Origin: Candidatus Multivorans sp.
GTDB lineage: Bacteria > Acidobacteriota > Thermoanaerobaculia > Multivoradales > Multivoraceae
Assembly: GCA_965224025.1 (NCBI GenBank)
Contig: OZ245033.1
Span: forward strand, 4,768,001 to 4,832,000
Direction of reading: 5' to 3'
Length of the DNA: 64,000 nucleotides
Shown here piece after piece: positions 8,661 to 18,002 of the stretch; the stretch's first letter is position 1, and every line of letters begins with the position of its first letter. Under the pieces are notes generated by a model. It made no database searches, was not told where the DNA came from, and worked only from the letters and a program-made list of their open reading frames with translations. The translations under genes and the position numbers were made by a program.

Positions 8661-11480
8661 CTAGAACCCCAGACTCAATCGCAGCGCCAGCCGACGAGGC
8701 AGGTAGTAGAGGCTGGGTACGGGTTCCGTTGGATAGCGCCCCAAACTTGCGTTTGACCAGTAGTAGAAGCCATCCTCGTCCAGGGCGTTCAGGAGCTGCA
8801 GGTCGACACCGAGCTTGACGCGGTCGCCGAGCGGGAACTGCCGCGAGAGAGCGAGGTCGATGAAGGTCTTGTCCGGCATCCGGCGGTCGCCGGTGTACGG
8901 CTCGAGGGGCACAGTCACCACGCCCTGGCTCAGGCGAACGCGCGCCGCGTGCCGCCACGGGCGGCCTTGCTCATAGTTGAGGGCTCCGACCGCCTTGAGC
9001 TGCCAGGGCAGCTCGACCATTCCCTGAGCCCTGAACACCCACGGGCGGTCGCCCTGTGAGAAGCCTCCCTGGTAGAGGTGATGGTTGGGGTCCCTGCCCT
9101 CCGAGCTGGTGTAGAAAGCGACGTTCCCGTTCTGCTGGAGCGGGCGAGGCTGCACTCCCTTCGATTCCGACCAGCCGAGCGAGGAATCGAGAGACCAACG
9201 GCCGGTGTGCCGCTTGCGGAAGGTGAGAAAGACCCCTTTGTAGTCCTGCTCGAACTTCGTTCCCGGTGGGGCGTTGGCCGCCGAGCCTGGGTCGTTGGCC
9301 TTGCGTAGCGTCGGTTCTGTGACGACGCTCTTGAGCATGATCGTCTCGCCCGTCAAGGGATTGACGTAGGGAGTATCCTCGTACTCGCCGTCGCCCTGGA
9401 TCTGCCAGCCGATCAGGTCCGTCGTTTCGCTGAGGACGACCTGGGCGCCGAATGCGAACTCTCCGACCTGCTGCTCGTAGCCGACGGCGAACTGGTCGGT
9501 CTGCGGCCGCTTCATCCCCTTGACCGGCAGATCGAAGTCGTCGTTGTCGACCGTCCTGAAGTAGGTGAAGGGGCCGTGGCGGTTGGGGCTGTTGCCGAAG
9601 CGCGCGGGCGGCCGGTTGGGGTGCGGCTGGTTCCACATGGAAACGACGTTCATCTCGTGGTACCTGCCGGCGGAGGCCCGCAGCACACCTTGCCGGTCCC
9701 CCTCGCCGACCTGATAGGCGAGGCCGAGGCGCGGGTCGACGCTCGAATAGTCGATGACGTCGGGATAGTGAGGCGTGAACTCTCCGGTGGTCACGCCGCA
9801 GTTGAGTTCACTACAAAGGTAGGACTCGAGGATCGGTTCGGAGGGAATCTCGCCCTTGTCCTGGTCGGCGCGCACGCCGAGATGCAGCGTCAGCCTGTTG
9901 CTGATGCGCCACGAGTCGTCCACGTAGAACCCAAGAGACTCCGTGTCGCCGCCGTAGTAGTGCGCTGCGCGAGTGTAGATGTAGTAGTTGGCCCCGAACT
10001 TGTAGTAGTACTTGCCGCCGAAGCCGGGATAGACGGCGCCGGCCTGCTCGCCGGTATTGCTGTACTGGAAACCGAACTTGAACTCGTGGCTGCCGTTCAG
10101 GTCGTCGGCGAAGTGGGTCACCTTGGCGTGGCCGCGCTGCCACCACACGGGGTAGAGGTAGGGATACGTGGGACCGCCGCTATGGGTCGGAACAGCCGTG
10201 TTGTAGTCGATGAGGGGCGGATCCAGGCTGCCGGTCGCCGAGACGTTGCGGTCCTTGTTGATGATGTCGTAGAAGTTGGCCTCGAGCACCGTGTTGTTGC
10301 CCACCACCGACTGGAAGCCGATCCGCCAGTAGGGGATCTCCTCGTACTCGCGGCTGAAGGCCCCCGGATTCGTCTTGAAGGTCCCGGAACCGCCGGACTG
10401 GATTTCCAGGTCCTCGAACCGGCCGTGAGCCGTCAGCGTGTTCGAGTCATTGATCGACCAGTCGAGCTTCAGGCTGGTGTGCGTGGCCTTGTCGCTGCGG
10501 ACGAACTCCGCAATCTCGCCCGGCTCTATCAGCAGGTCTTCCTTGGTCGTGGCGGCGGCGAAGAAGAACAGCTTGTCCCTCTTCAGCGGCCCGCCCAACC
10601 ACAGGCTGTTGTTCTCGAAGGTGTCTCTCAGGAAGCCCTGCTCTTCCCCGGCCGCGTTCTCGGCCGTGGCTCCGGTGGCAGTCGTGTCTTCGAACTCACC
10701 GGTGTAGGCGAACCGCCCCTGGAAGGTGTTGGTTCCCGACTTGGTGACGATGTTGACCGCGGCTGAGGTCATGTTGCCATACTCGGCCGGGGCGCCGACG
10801 CCGAGCACCTGGATTTCCGCGATGGTGTCGGGATCGGTCCAGCCACCGAAGATGTTGCCGCTGTCCGGAAAGCTGCTGTCGAGTCCGTCGACGTTCCAGG
10901 CCACGGAGGCCTGATCGCGACCGTATCCCGTGGTGTGCCCCGCATACGCGCCGACGTTGCCGAGACGACCGGGCATGCTCATGCCGGGAGCCATCAGGGC
11001 GAGCTCCTGGAAGTTGCGCTGGGTTGTCGGCTTCGCGTCGATGAGTTCTTCGGAGTAGCTGACGCTGCCCGAGGAACTCGTCACGTCAAGGACCGGCGCC
11101 TCCGAGGTCACCGTGATCGCCTCCTCGACCCCTTCGACCCGCATCGTGAAGTCCACGACGGCGACGCCGGAGATCGAGACGCGGACGCCTTCCACCGTCT
11201 CGGTTTCCAGGCCGTCGAGGGTCGCGGTCAGGGTCACGGAGCCGGGCGGGAGTCCGGGGATCAGCCAATCACCGTTGACGCCCGACACGGATGTGCGTTC
11301 GCCACGCACGATGTCGCCCGTGGCCTGCACCAGCACTCCGGGCAGCGGTTCGCCGTCGGCCGACCGAACCGTGCCGCGTACGCTGCCGACGTTCTGGGCG
11401 TAGACCGCTGTCGACGCAAGGAGCGCCGGAACAACCACGGCGAAGACGGACTTCGCGGCGAAACGAGGAGACGACGTCAT
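8661..11480 (-). CDS. TonB-dependent receptor (Oar-like, N-terminal carboxypeptidase-regulatory-like domain)
   Basis: Signal peptide, GSVRGTV..DGEPLPGV, plug RNFQEL..MAPG/PAEYG, NIVTKSGTN, C-terminal LRLSLGF. Confidence 0.92.
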   Translation of the reverse strand: MTSSPRFAAKSVFAVVVPALLASTAVYAQNVGSVRGTVRSADGEPLPGVLVQATGDIVRGERTSVSGVNGDWLIPGLPPGSVTLTATLDGLETETVEGVRVSISGVAVVDFTMRVEGVEEAITVTSEAPVLDVTSSSGSVSYSEELIDAKPTTQRNFQELALMAPGMSMPGRLGNVGAYAGHTTGYGRDQASVAWNVDGLDSSFPDSGNIFGGWTDPDTIAEIQVLGVGAPAEYGNMTSAAVNIVTKSGTNTFQGRFAYTGEFEDTTATGATAENAAGEEQGFLRDTFENNSLWLGGPLKRDKLFFFAAATTKEDLLIEPGEIAEFVRSDKATHTSLKLDWSINDSNTLTAHGRFEDLEIQSGGSGTFKTNPGAFSREYEEIPYWRIGFQSVVGNNTVLEANFYDIINKDRNVSATGSLDPPLIDYNTAVPTHSGGPTYPYLYPVWWQRGHAKVTHFADDLNGSHEFKFGFQYSNTGEQAGAVYPGFGGKYYYKFGANYYIYTRAAHYYGGDTESLGFYVDDSWRISNRLTLHLGVRADQDKGEIPSEPILESYLCSELNCGVTTGEFTPHYPDVIDYSSVDPRLGLAYQVGEGDRQGVLRASAGRYHEMNVVSMWNQPHPNRPPARFGNSPNRHGPFTYFRTVDNDDFDLPVKGMKRPQTDQFAVGYEQQVGEFAFGAQVVLSETTDLIGWQIQGDGEYEDTPYVNPLTGETIMLKSVVTEPTLRKANDPGSAANAPPGTKFEQDYKGVFLTFRKRHTGRWSLDSSLGWSESKGVQPRPLQQNGNVAFYTSSEGRDPNHHLYQGGFSQGDRPWVFRAQGMVELPWQLKAVGALNYEQGRPWRHAARVRLSQGVVTVPLEPYTGDRRMPDKTFIDLALSRQFPLGDRVKLGVDLQLLNALDEDGFYYWSNASLGRYPTEPVPSLYYLPRRLALRLSLGF

Positions 11481-11516
11481 ACGAACCTCCGTGGGCGCAA
11501 AATTTCCAACGCCGTC

Positions 11517-11624
11517 AGAGTGACAGCGTTCCGGTCAGCGGTCAAGGAACTTTTCTTAGCGAATTTGAGCGAACCTGAGAATGCTCGTATCCGCCTTGAC
11601 TTCCCCTACCTTGTCCGGCACAGT
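11517..11624. promoter_or_regulatory. Possible divergent sigma70-type promoters between the TonB receptor and the amine dehydrogenase cluster
   Basis: TTGACT-17nt-CACAGT on + (11596-11624) and TTGACC-17nt-CACTCT on - (11545-11517). Both -10 boxes are weak. Confidence 0.3.
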
Positions 11625-11694
11625 GAATCGACCAAGAGACAGTCGAGAAGGTGGCTCCGGGATGGTCGGGGCCGCCTTGTCGGAGGAGGAAGAC

Positions 11695-12213
11695 ATGGGT
11701 TTGGCGCGACTTCTCGCCTGCGGATCCGTAACGGTCACGCTCCTTGCCGCCTCGGCAGCGGCCGCCGACTCGCACGAGGTGGCGAACCCCGCCTGCAAGG
11801 CCGCTCACCACCTGGTCGGCGAATGGGAGGTCCACGCCGGCGACGGCACGCTGATGGCCGAAGTCGTGTGGGAACTGGGGTCAGAAGGCTGCTACCTGGT
11901 CGAGGAGTGGATGACCCGCATGGAGGGCATACGGGACTTCTTCTGTGTTCTCGTCTACAGCGACACGCGGGACAACTGGAGCTATCTCTCGGCCTCGGGG
12001 AAGCCCGGCGGACAGCGGATGCGCTTCGAGAACGGGAACATGGTGGACAACGAGTTCCGCTTCGAGACGGCCGATCTCGACGAGGGGACCATTGGCCGCT
12101 TCAGCTTCTTCACGCTGCCGGACGGCCGGCTGCGCGAACTCTCCGTGCTCTCCACCGACGGCGGAGAAACGTGGGAAACCGAGTACGAGCTGTTCTGGAC
12201 CCGAAAGGAATAG
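11695..12213 (+). CDS. Secreted hypothetical protein (DUF1579-like beta-barrel), first gene of the mau-like operon
   Basis: GGAGGAGG RBS, signal peptide, HHLVGEWEV, GCYLVEEW, STDGGETWETEYELFWTR. Ends 2 nt before the mauB ATG. Confidence 0.6.
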   Translation: MGLARLLACGSVTVTLLAASAAAADSHEVANPACKAAHHLVGEWEVHAGDGTLMAEVVWELGSEGCYLVEEWMTRMEGIRDFFCVLVYSDTRDNWSYLSASGKPGGQRMRFENGNMVDNEFRFETADLDEGTIGRFSFFTLPDGRLRELSVLSTDGGETWETEYELFWTRKE

Positions 12214-12215
12214 GT

Positions 12216-13397
12216 ATGAAGAGGACGTTCTTCGCGCTGGCGCTCGTCGCCTCGATAGGGCTCGCCGGCGTTCCCGCTTCGGCACAGATCGACCCGGCCT
12301 CGCTGCCGGAGCCGCTGACCACCGCGACCCTGCCGGACAAACCGGACGGCGCGCACTGGGTCTGGATCGCGTCCTTCGCGAACTACGCGCACGCGGACCT
12401 CATCGATGCCGACACCGGCACCCTTCTCGGCACGATCGAACTCGGCTACCAGGGCCTCCTGCCCCAGCTCCCCGGCTCGGGCGACGAGTTCTACAACCAC
12501 GCCGTCTACATGACGCGGGGCTACCACGGCGACCTCGTCGAGGTGGTCGAGATCTTCGATGCAAGAACACTCGAGATCAAGGGGGAAATCCCGATCGACC
12601 CGCCGAAGGCGATGCGGGGTCTGGCTAGCATCAACCTCACGACTCTGACCGACAATGACCGCTTCCTGATCCAGTCGTTCTTCACGCCCGCCCTGAGCTT
12701 CGGAGTCGTCGACCTGCAAGAACACAAGTACGTCGGCGAGATCGAGACCGGCGGCTGCGCGCACACGATGGCGGCCGGCCCCCGCCGGTTCCTGTCGCTG
12801 TGCGGCGACGGATCCGTGCTGACCGTCGACCTGGACGAGAACGGCGCGGAGAGCGGAAGAGAAACCCACCCAGGCTTCTTCGACGCCGAAGGGGATCCGC
12901 TGCACCCCACTGGCGCGAGATCAGGGGACGCGTGGTACTTCGCCTCGGTGCGCGGCGTGATGCACGCCGTCGACACGAGCGGCGGCGAGATCTCCTTCCA
13001 GGAACCCTGGACGTTTCGTGAGGAGGACGACGCCGGGGTCTGGGTGCCCGCCGCGCCGAACCAGCACATGGCCGCCCACGCCGCCTCCGGCCGCCTCTTC
13101 GTGCTGATGTCCGTGGTGCCCGATCTCGAGCGCAAGCCCGGCGGCTACGACTTCCACCGCGGCTTCGGCTTCGAGACCTGGGTGTTCGACATCGAGAGCC
13201 GTGAACGGGTCGCGCGCTACAAGATGGACAAGGCCGCGGCCGCGATCGCGGTGAGCCAGGACGACGCGCCGCTCCTCTATGCCACCACCTATAGCCACGT
13301 CGACATCTACGACGCGAACACGGGCGAGGTGACGCGCACTCTGAACCCCGACGTGGAGGTCAGGGGCGTCCTCGTCATGATTCAACCTTGGGACTGA
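12216..13397 (+). CDS. mauB: Amine dehydrogenase large (beta-propeller) subunit, MauB/AauB-like
   Basis: Signal peptide; LIDADTG.LLG.I, YMTRGYHG, TLEIKGEIPI, FTPA.S.GVVDL, GC..T, SLCGDGS, IAVSQDD.PLLY. Lies upstream of mauE/D/A. Confidence 0.88.
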   Translation: MKRTFFALALVASIGLAGVPASAQIDPASLPEPLTTATLPDKPDGAHWVWIASFANYAHADLIDADTGTLLGTIELGYQGLLPQLPGSGDEFYNHAVYMTRGYHGDLVEVVEIFDARTLEIKGEIPIDPPKAMRGLASINLTTLTDNDRFLIQSFFTPALSFGVVDLQEHKYVGEIETGGCAHTMAAGPRRFLSLCGDGSVLTVDLDENGAESGRETHPGFFDAEGDPLHPTGARSGDAWYFASVRGVMHAVDTSGGEISFQEPWTFREEDDAGVWVPAAPNQHMAAHAASGRLFVLMSVVPDLERKPGGYDFHRGFGFETWVFDIESRERVARYKMDKAAAAIAVSQDDAPLLYATTYSHVDIYDANTGEVTRTLNPDVEVRGVLVMIQPWD

Positions 13398-13404
13398 AAC
13401 CGCA

Positions 13405-13965
13405 GTGAGCCTCGGTATCGACCCGGTCGTCCAGCTCGGCGTGCGCGTCCTGCTCACGCTGCTGTTTCTCGGCACCGCCGTGCACAAGCTGCGCGACCCG
13501 CGGACGACCGCGGCGATCACGTCCCGCTACCTGCGGAGTTTCGGCCTGCCTCGATCACCCGTACTCGCCGCCTTCGTGACCACGGTCCTGATCGCCGCCG
13601 AGTTCGTCGCCGCGGGGCTTTGCGCGGTCTATCCCTCGGGGGTGGCCGCCGCCGGCCTGGTTGCGGGGCTACTCGGCGTTTACGCACTGGGCATGACCGT
13701 GAGCGTCGCGCGCGGAATCGCACCCGAAGACTGTGGCTGCTCGTGGGCCGGCACGACCGGGCAGCCCGCGGGCTGGGCTCTCGTGTGCCGGAATCTCGTT
13801 CTGATCGCCGTTGCCCTGCTGCTGGCGCTGTCGGCGGCCGCGCGGCCGCTCAAGTTCGCCGACTACGCCGGCGCCTTCTCGCTCGGCGTCTTCGCCATCG
13901 CCATGTACGCTACCGCGGACGTGCTCATCGCCAATCACGGTCTGCTCCGGGAGCAAGCGTCGTGA
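13405..13965 (+). CDS. mauE: Methylamine utilization membrane protein MauE
   Basis: LF..AVHKLRD, AEF, RGI..DCGC, RNLVL; four transmembrane segments; cluster position. Confidence 0.85.
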   Translation: MSLGIDPVVQLGVRVLLTLLFLGTAVHKLRDPRTTAAITSRYLRSFGLPRSPVLAAFVTTVLIAAEFVAAGLCAVYPSGVAAAGLVAGLLGVYALGMTVSVARGIAPEDCGCSWAGTTGQPAGWALVCRNLVLIAVALLLALSAAARPLKFADYAGAFSLGVFAIAMYATADVLIANHGLLREQAS

Positions 13966-14600
13966 CGACTTCCGTCGGCATCCTGTTCGCGATCATGGGC
14001 TTCGCGATTCTCTGTCTGGCCGTGCTGACCTTCGCGCTCGCGCGCCAGATCGGCGTGATCCACCAGCGGATCGGTCCGGTCGGCGCGCTGGCCCTGAGCA
14101 AGACGGTGCGCGTCGGCGAGAAGTCGCCGGAGTTCCGGCTCGACGCCCTGGACGGCGAAGCGGTCGTCCTGGGCGCTCCCGATCCGGATGGCAAGAGCAC
14201 GTTGATCACGTTCCTGACGCCCAAGTGTCCCGTGTGCGCCCAGCTCCTTCCGGCGCTCCGATCCATCGCGCGGGAGGAGTCGAACTGGCTGCGACTCGTT
14301 TTCGCGAGCGACGGTGACCCGGCGCAGCACGCTGAGTTTCGAACCAGGAGCCGGCTCGACGACTTCGCCTACGTGCTCTCGCCGGAACTCGGCATGACGT
14401 ATGAGATCGGCAAGCTCCCCTACGGCGTGCTGCTCGACGAGAACGGGTTCGTCGCGGCGCAAGGGCTCACGAACAGCAGGGAGCACGTGGAGAGCCTGTT
14501 CGAGGCGAAGCGGCTGGGCGTCAGTTCAATCCAGGAGTTTCTCGAGCACCAGGAAAAAGGCCGGGTGCTCATTGCAGGGGGTTCACAACAACCATCGTGA
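13962..14600 (+). CDS. mauD: Amine dehydrogenase accessory thioredoxin-like protein MauD
   Basis: ALARQIGVIHQRIGPVGAL, CPVC, LPYGVLLD, GLTNSREHVESL, SIQEFL. Confidence 0.92.
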   Translation: MTTSVGILFAIMGFAILCLAVLTFALARQIGVIHQRIGPVGALALSKTVRVGEKSPEFRLDALDGEAVVLGAPDPDGKSTLITFLTPKCPVCAQLLPALRSIAREESNWLRLVFASDGDPAQHAEFRTRSRLDDFAYVLSPELGMTYEIGKLPYGVLLDENGFVAAQGLTNSREHVESLFEAKRLGVSSIQEFLEHQEKGRVLIAGGSQQPS

Positions 14601-14608
14601 GGTTTGCC

Positions 14609-15127
14609 ATGAACTGGTTCGACAACATTTCGATTCGGGCGGCGACCCGTCTGGCCGACAGGACCTCCCGGCGATCGGTGCTGGGTTCCATCGGTAGCGC
14701 CATCGCCGGCGGCGTTCTGCTGCCGCTGCTGCCGGTGGACCGGACCTTCGCGCAGGAAGCCGCGGACGACGCGGCCGAACCCATGCAGGATCCCATGCAG
14801 TGCGACTACTGGGCGTACTGCTCGGTCGACGGCTGGCTCTGCGGATGCTGCGGCGGTTCAACGAACTCCTGTCCACCGGGGTCCAAGGCGGCGCCCATCA
14901 CCTGGACGGGCACCTGCCTGAATCCTGCCGACGGCAAGAGCTACGTCGTCGCCTACCACGACTGCTGCGGCGCCTTCCCCTGCCAGCGCTGCTACTGCAA
15001 CACGAACGAGGGCGACACCGCGCGCTATCACCCCCAGCGTTCGAACTCCGTCCTCTGGTGCGGGAACGGCGGCGCTCCGTTCGGCTACCACTGCACGATG
15101 TCCCGTATTCTCTCCGTCGCCGAATAG
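14609..15127 (+). CDS. mauA: TTQ-containing amine dehydrogenase small subunit (MauA/AauA family)
   Basis: Tat leader SRRSVL; CDYW..C.VDG.LC.CCGG, CPPGS, TWTGTC (first TTQ Trp), YHDCC (catalytic Asp), N.VLWC (second Trp), YHCT. Confidence 0.95.
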   Translation: MNWFDNISIRAATRLADRTSRRSVLGSIGSAIAGGVLLPLLPVDRTFAQEAADDAAEPMQDPMQCDYWAYCSVDGWLCGCCGGSTNSCPPGSKAAPITWTGTCLNPADGKSYVVAYHDCCGAFPCQRCYCNTNEGDTARYHPQRSNSVLWCGNGGAPFGYHCTMSRILSVAE

Positions 15128-15140
15128 GACTCCCCCACTC

Positions 15141-15611
15141 GTGCGTTCCGAGGTACACCGCGAAGTGCATCGCCCGCTCGTTCTGCTCACGATCCTCGTC
15201 GTGTGCGCGAGCGCGGCCGCGGCCGGAGCCGAGGCGGACGACGCGGACACCTACCGTCTCGCTCACCTCGACTACATGCTGCACTGCCAGGGCTGTCACA
15301 TGGCCGACGGCTCCGGCGTGGAAGGCACGGTCCCTCCCCTGCCCGGCGAGGTGGGCAAGTTCATCTCCAGCCCGGAGTGGCGCGACTATCTCGTCCAGGT
15401 GCCCGGCGCCTCCCAGGCCCTGATCGACGACGAGGCCCTGGCCAGGTTGATGAACTGGATCGTCAGGCGCTTCGATCCCGAGAACGCAAAGGACCTGAAG
15501 CCCTACGAGGGGGACGAAGTGGGGCGACTGCGCCGTCAACCCGTAACCAACCCGACCGAAGTGCGCCGGCGAATCATCGAGGACATCCAGGGCTCGACTT
15601 CCGAGGACTAA
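15141..15611 (+). CDS. Periplasmic monoheme cytochrome c
   Basis: Signal peptide, YMLHCQGCH, YLVQVPG; directly after mauA. Confidence 0.85.
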   Translation: MRSEVHREVHRPLVLLTILVVCASAAAAGAEADDADTYRLAHLDYMLHCQGCHMADGSGVEGTVPPLPGEVGKFISSPEWRDYLVQVPGASQALIDDEALARLMNWIVRRFDPENAKDLKPYEGDEVGRLRRQPVTNPTEVRRRIIEDIQGSTSED

Positions 15612-15616
15612 CGCCG

Positions 15617-16189
15617 CTACCTCCGCACCCGGGGTCCTTCCGGCGCAACCTCCTCGAAGCGTTTGATCCCGCCGGCCTCGTCGTGGCGCCCCAACTGTTC
15701 GAGCGTCTGAGCGAGTTCGAACAGGAGGACGTCCTCCGGCAGGTGGCTCTCACCACTCTCCACCAGGCCCTCGAGTCTGCCAGCCAACTCCTCGAGCCGG
15801 CCTTCTTCGCGGTCCAGGTAGATCAGGTTCATCTCGGCGTCCGCCGCGAACTCGCCCGGGCCGCCCTCGGCCAGCCTCACCCAGAGCGTGCGGGCCTCCG
15901 CGAACCTGCCGTTCGCGGCCTCCAGTTCAGCGAGATGGCCGTGCGCGGTCCACGCCGCCGAACTGCCGCGATAGTCCTCGATCAGGCGTTCGAAGCGCCG
16001 CCTGGTTTCCTGCATCCGGCCCGGTATCCGGCTTGTCACCAGGGCGTCGGCGAGGGCCGCCTGCGCGCGATTGTCACGAACCGCGCGGCCTACCAGCACC
16101 CCCCCGGCCGTCAGCACGACCAGGACCAGGACCAGGACCACGCTCCGCATCCGCCAGCGCCGCCGCCGCGCTCTCGCCCTTGATCGCAT
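15617..16189 (-). CDS. Membrane-anchored TPR protein (YfgM-like)
   Basis: N-terminal TM helix, LIEDYRGSSAA, TPR-like helices, LFELAQTLEQLGR.DEA. Start uncertain. Confidence 0.55.
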   Translation of the reverse strand: MRSRARARRRRWRMRSVVLVLVLVVLTAGGVLVGRAVRDNRAQAALADALVTSRIPGRMQETRRRFERLIEDYRGSSAAWTAHGHLAELEAANGRFAEARTLWVRLAEGGPGEFAADAEMNLIYLDREEGRLEELAGRLEGLVESGESHLPEDVLLFELAQTLEQLGRHDEAGGIKRFEEVAPEGPRVRR

Positions 16190-16259
16190 CGTTCTTCCTC
16201 GGCACACGTAAGCTGACGGTCTGGTCGTAACTATAGTGTCAAGGAGTAGAGAACCCCGC

Positions 16260-17939
16260 ATGGAGAACGCAAGGCAAGTCCAGAGGCTGCAGCAGCCCGC
16301 CTGGTGGTTGCCCGCCTCCTTCACTCTCCTGCTGCTTCTGTTCGCCCTGCTGCCGCAGTTCCGCGCAAGCCCCGAGCTGACCTGGTCGATCTGGGGAGCC
16401 TGTGCCGCGCTCGCGGTTCTGCAAGCGCGCCTGCTGGTCAACTCCGGGGAGGGCGGCCGCGAACTGAAACTGAAGGTCTCTCTCATTCCCTCGCACTACG
16501 TGCAGGCGTTTGTCCAGACCTGCATCTACGTCTACTGGGGCCTGTACTGGGAGCAGATGCGACACCAGGCGGCGCTGATCCTCGCGCAGATCGTCTTTGC
16601 CTACGCCTTCGACATGCTCGTCAGTTGGTCGAGGCGCAACACCTGGCACCTGGGTTTCGGGCAGTTTCCGATCATTCTGAGTACGAACTTCTTCCTCTGC
16701 TTCAAGCAGGAGTGGTTCTACCTGCAGTTCGCGATGATCGCCGTCGGCATCCTCGGCAAGGAGTACTTCCGCTGGAACCGGGACGGCCGCAAACGGCACA
16801 TCTTCAATCCGTCGGGCTTCGCCCTGTCGGTCTTCTCGCTGGGCCTGATCCTCTCCGGGACGACGGACCTCACCTGGGGAGCCCAGATCGCGACCACCCT
16901 GGCCAACGCGCCCCACATGTTTGTCGCGATCTTCCTGGCCGGTCTGGTCGTCCAGTTCTTCTTCTCCGTGACGATCGTGACGCTGTTCGCGGCAGCCGCC
17001 CTGGTGGTGGCGAACCTGGTCTACTCCAGCTTCACGGGCGTCCACTTCTTCGTCGACGCCAGCATTCCGATCGCCGTCTTCCTCGGTCTTCACCTGCTCG
17101 TCACCGATCCGTCGACGTCTCCGCGCAGCAGGTTGGGAAGCGCGGTCTTCGGAGCGCTCTACGGCCTCAGCGTCTTCGGCCTCTTCGAGTTCCTCCGCCA
17201 GGTCGACGTCCCGCTCTTCTACGACAAGCTTCTGTTCGTGCCGGTGCTCAACCTCTGCGTGCCGCTGCTGGACCGGCTCGGGAAGTCGCGCCGGGTGGAA
17301 GGTCTTCGCCTCTCGGTGCTGCTCCAGGCGACCAGGCCGCGCCGCGTGAACTACGCCTTCATGGCCGTCTGGATCGGGCTCTTCGGCTGGATGCTGGCCT
17401 CGAACTTCGTGGGCCGCGCCCACGAAGGCGACGACTTCCGCTACTGGCAGAAAGCGTGCGACGAAGGCAAGCGTTTCGCCTGCGAGAACCTGGTCACGAA
17501 ACTCCAACTCACCTGCAACAGCGGCGGCGGCGAGGAGTGCAACATGCTGGGAGTGCTGTTCAATCGGGGAGAGGTGGTGCCGCTCGACCCACTGGAGGGC
17601 GTCTCCTACTTCGACCAGGCCTGTCGCGGCGGTTTTCACAAGGGTTGCCAGAACGTCGTCATCCAGGCCTTCTTCGACGGCACCGTGACGGTCGCTTCCG
17701 GCGGAGTTTCCGATGCGATCGCGCAGCTTCCGAGCGGCTGCGAAGACGGCGAGAGCATGAGCTGTTTCCTGCTCGGCTACGCCCACGTGCACGGGCACGG
17801 CGTACCGAAGGATGTCCCCCTGGCCCAGGACCTCCTCTCCACCGCGTGCAACCTGGGCGAAGCCGCGGCCTGCGCGGAACTGGAAAAGGGGCTGGGGACC
17901 CTCTTCTTCCCGCCCGGCAGCAGGCCGAACGACCCGTAG
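16260..17939 (+). CDS. RnfD/NqrB/UnbU-like polytopic membrane protein with C-terminal Cys-rich Sel1-like repeats
   Basis: HIFNPSGFAL and VTDPSTSP motifs in a multi-TM region; C-terminal KACDEG..AC, QACRGG..GC, TACNLG..AC repeats. Confidence 0.65.
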   Translation: MENARQVQRLQQPAWWLPASFTLLLLLFALLPQFRASPELTWSIWGACAALAVLQARLLVNSGEGGRELKLKVSLIPSHYVQAFVQTCIYVYWGLYWEQMRHQAALILAQIVFAYAFDMLVSWSRRNTWHLGFGQFPIILSTNFFLCFKQEWFYLQFAMIAVGILGKEYFRWNRDGRKRHIFNPSGFALSVFSLGLILSGTTDLTWGAQIATTLANAPHMFVAIFLAGLVVQFFFSVTIVTLFAAAALVVANLVYSSFTGVHFFVDASIPIAVFLGLHLLVTDPSTSPRSRLGSAVFGALYGLSVFGLFEFLRQVDVPLFYDKLLFVPVLNLCVPLLDRLGKSRRVEGLRLSVLLQATRPRRVNYAFMAVWIGLFGWMLASNFVGRAHEGDDFRYWQKACDEGKRFACENLVTKLQLTCNSGGGEECNMLGVLFNRGEVVPLDPLEGVSYFDQACRGGFHKGCQNVVIQAFFDGTVTVASGGVSDAIAQLPSGCEDGESMSCFLLGYAHVHGHGVPKDVPLAQDLLSTACNLGEAAACAELEKGLGTLFFPPGSRPNDP

Positions 17940-18002
17940 CGAGAGCTGCTCGATCAGCGGAAACTGCGCGCAAACTCCGCCGACACGATAACTTCGGCCG
18001 CC

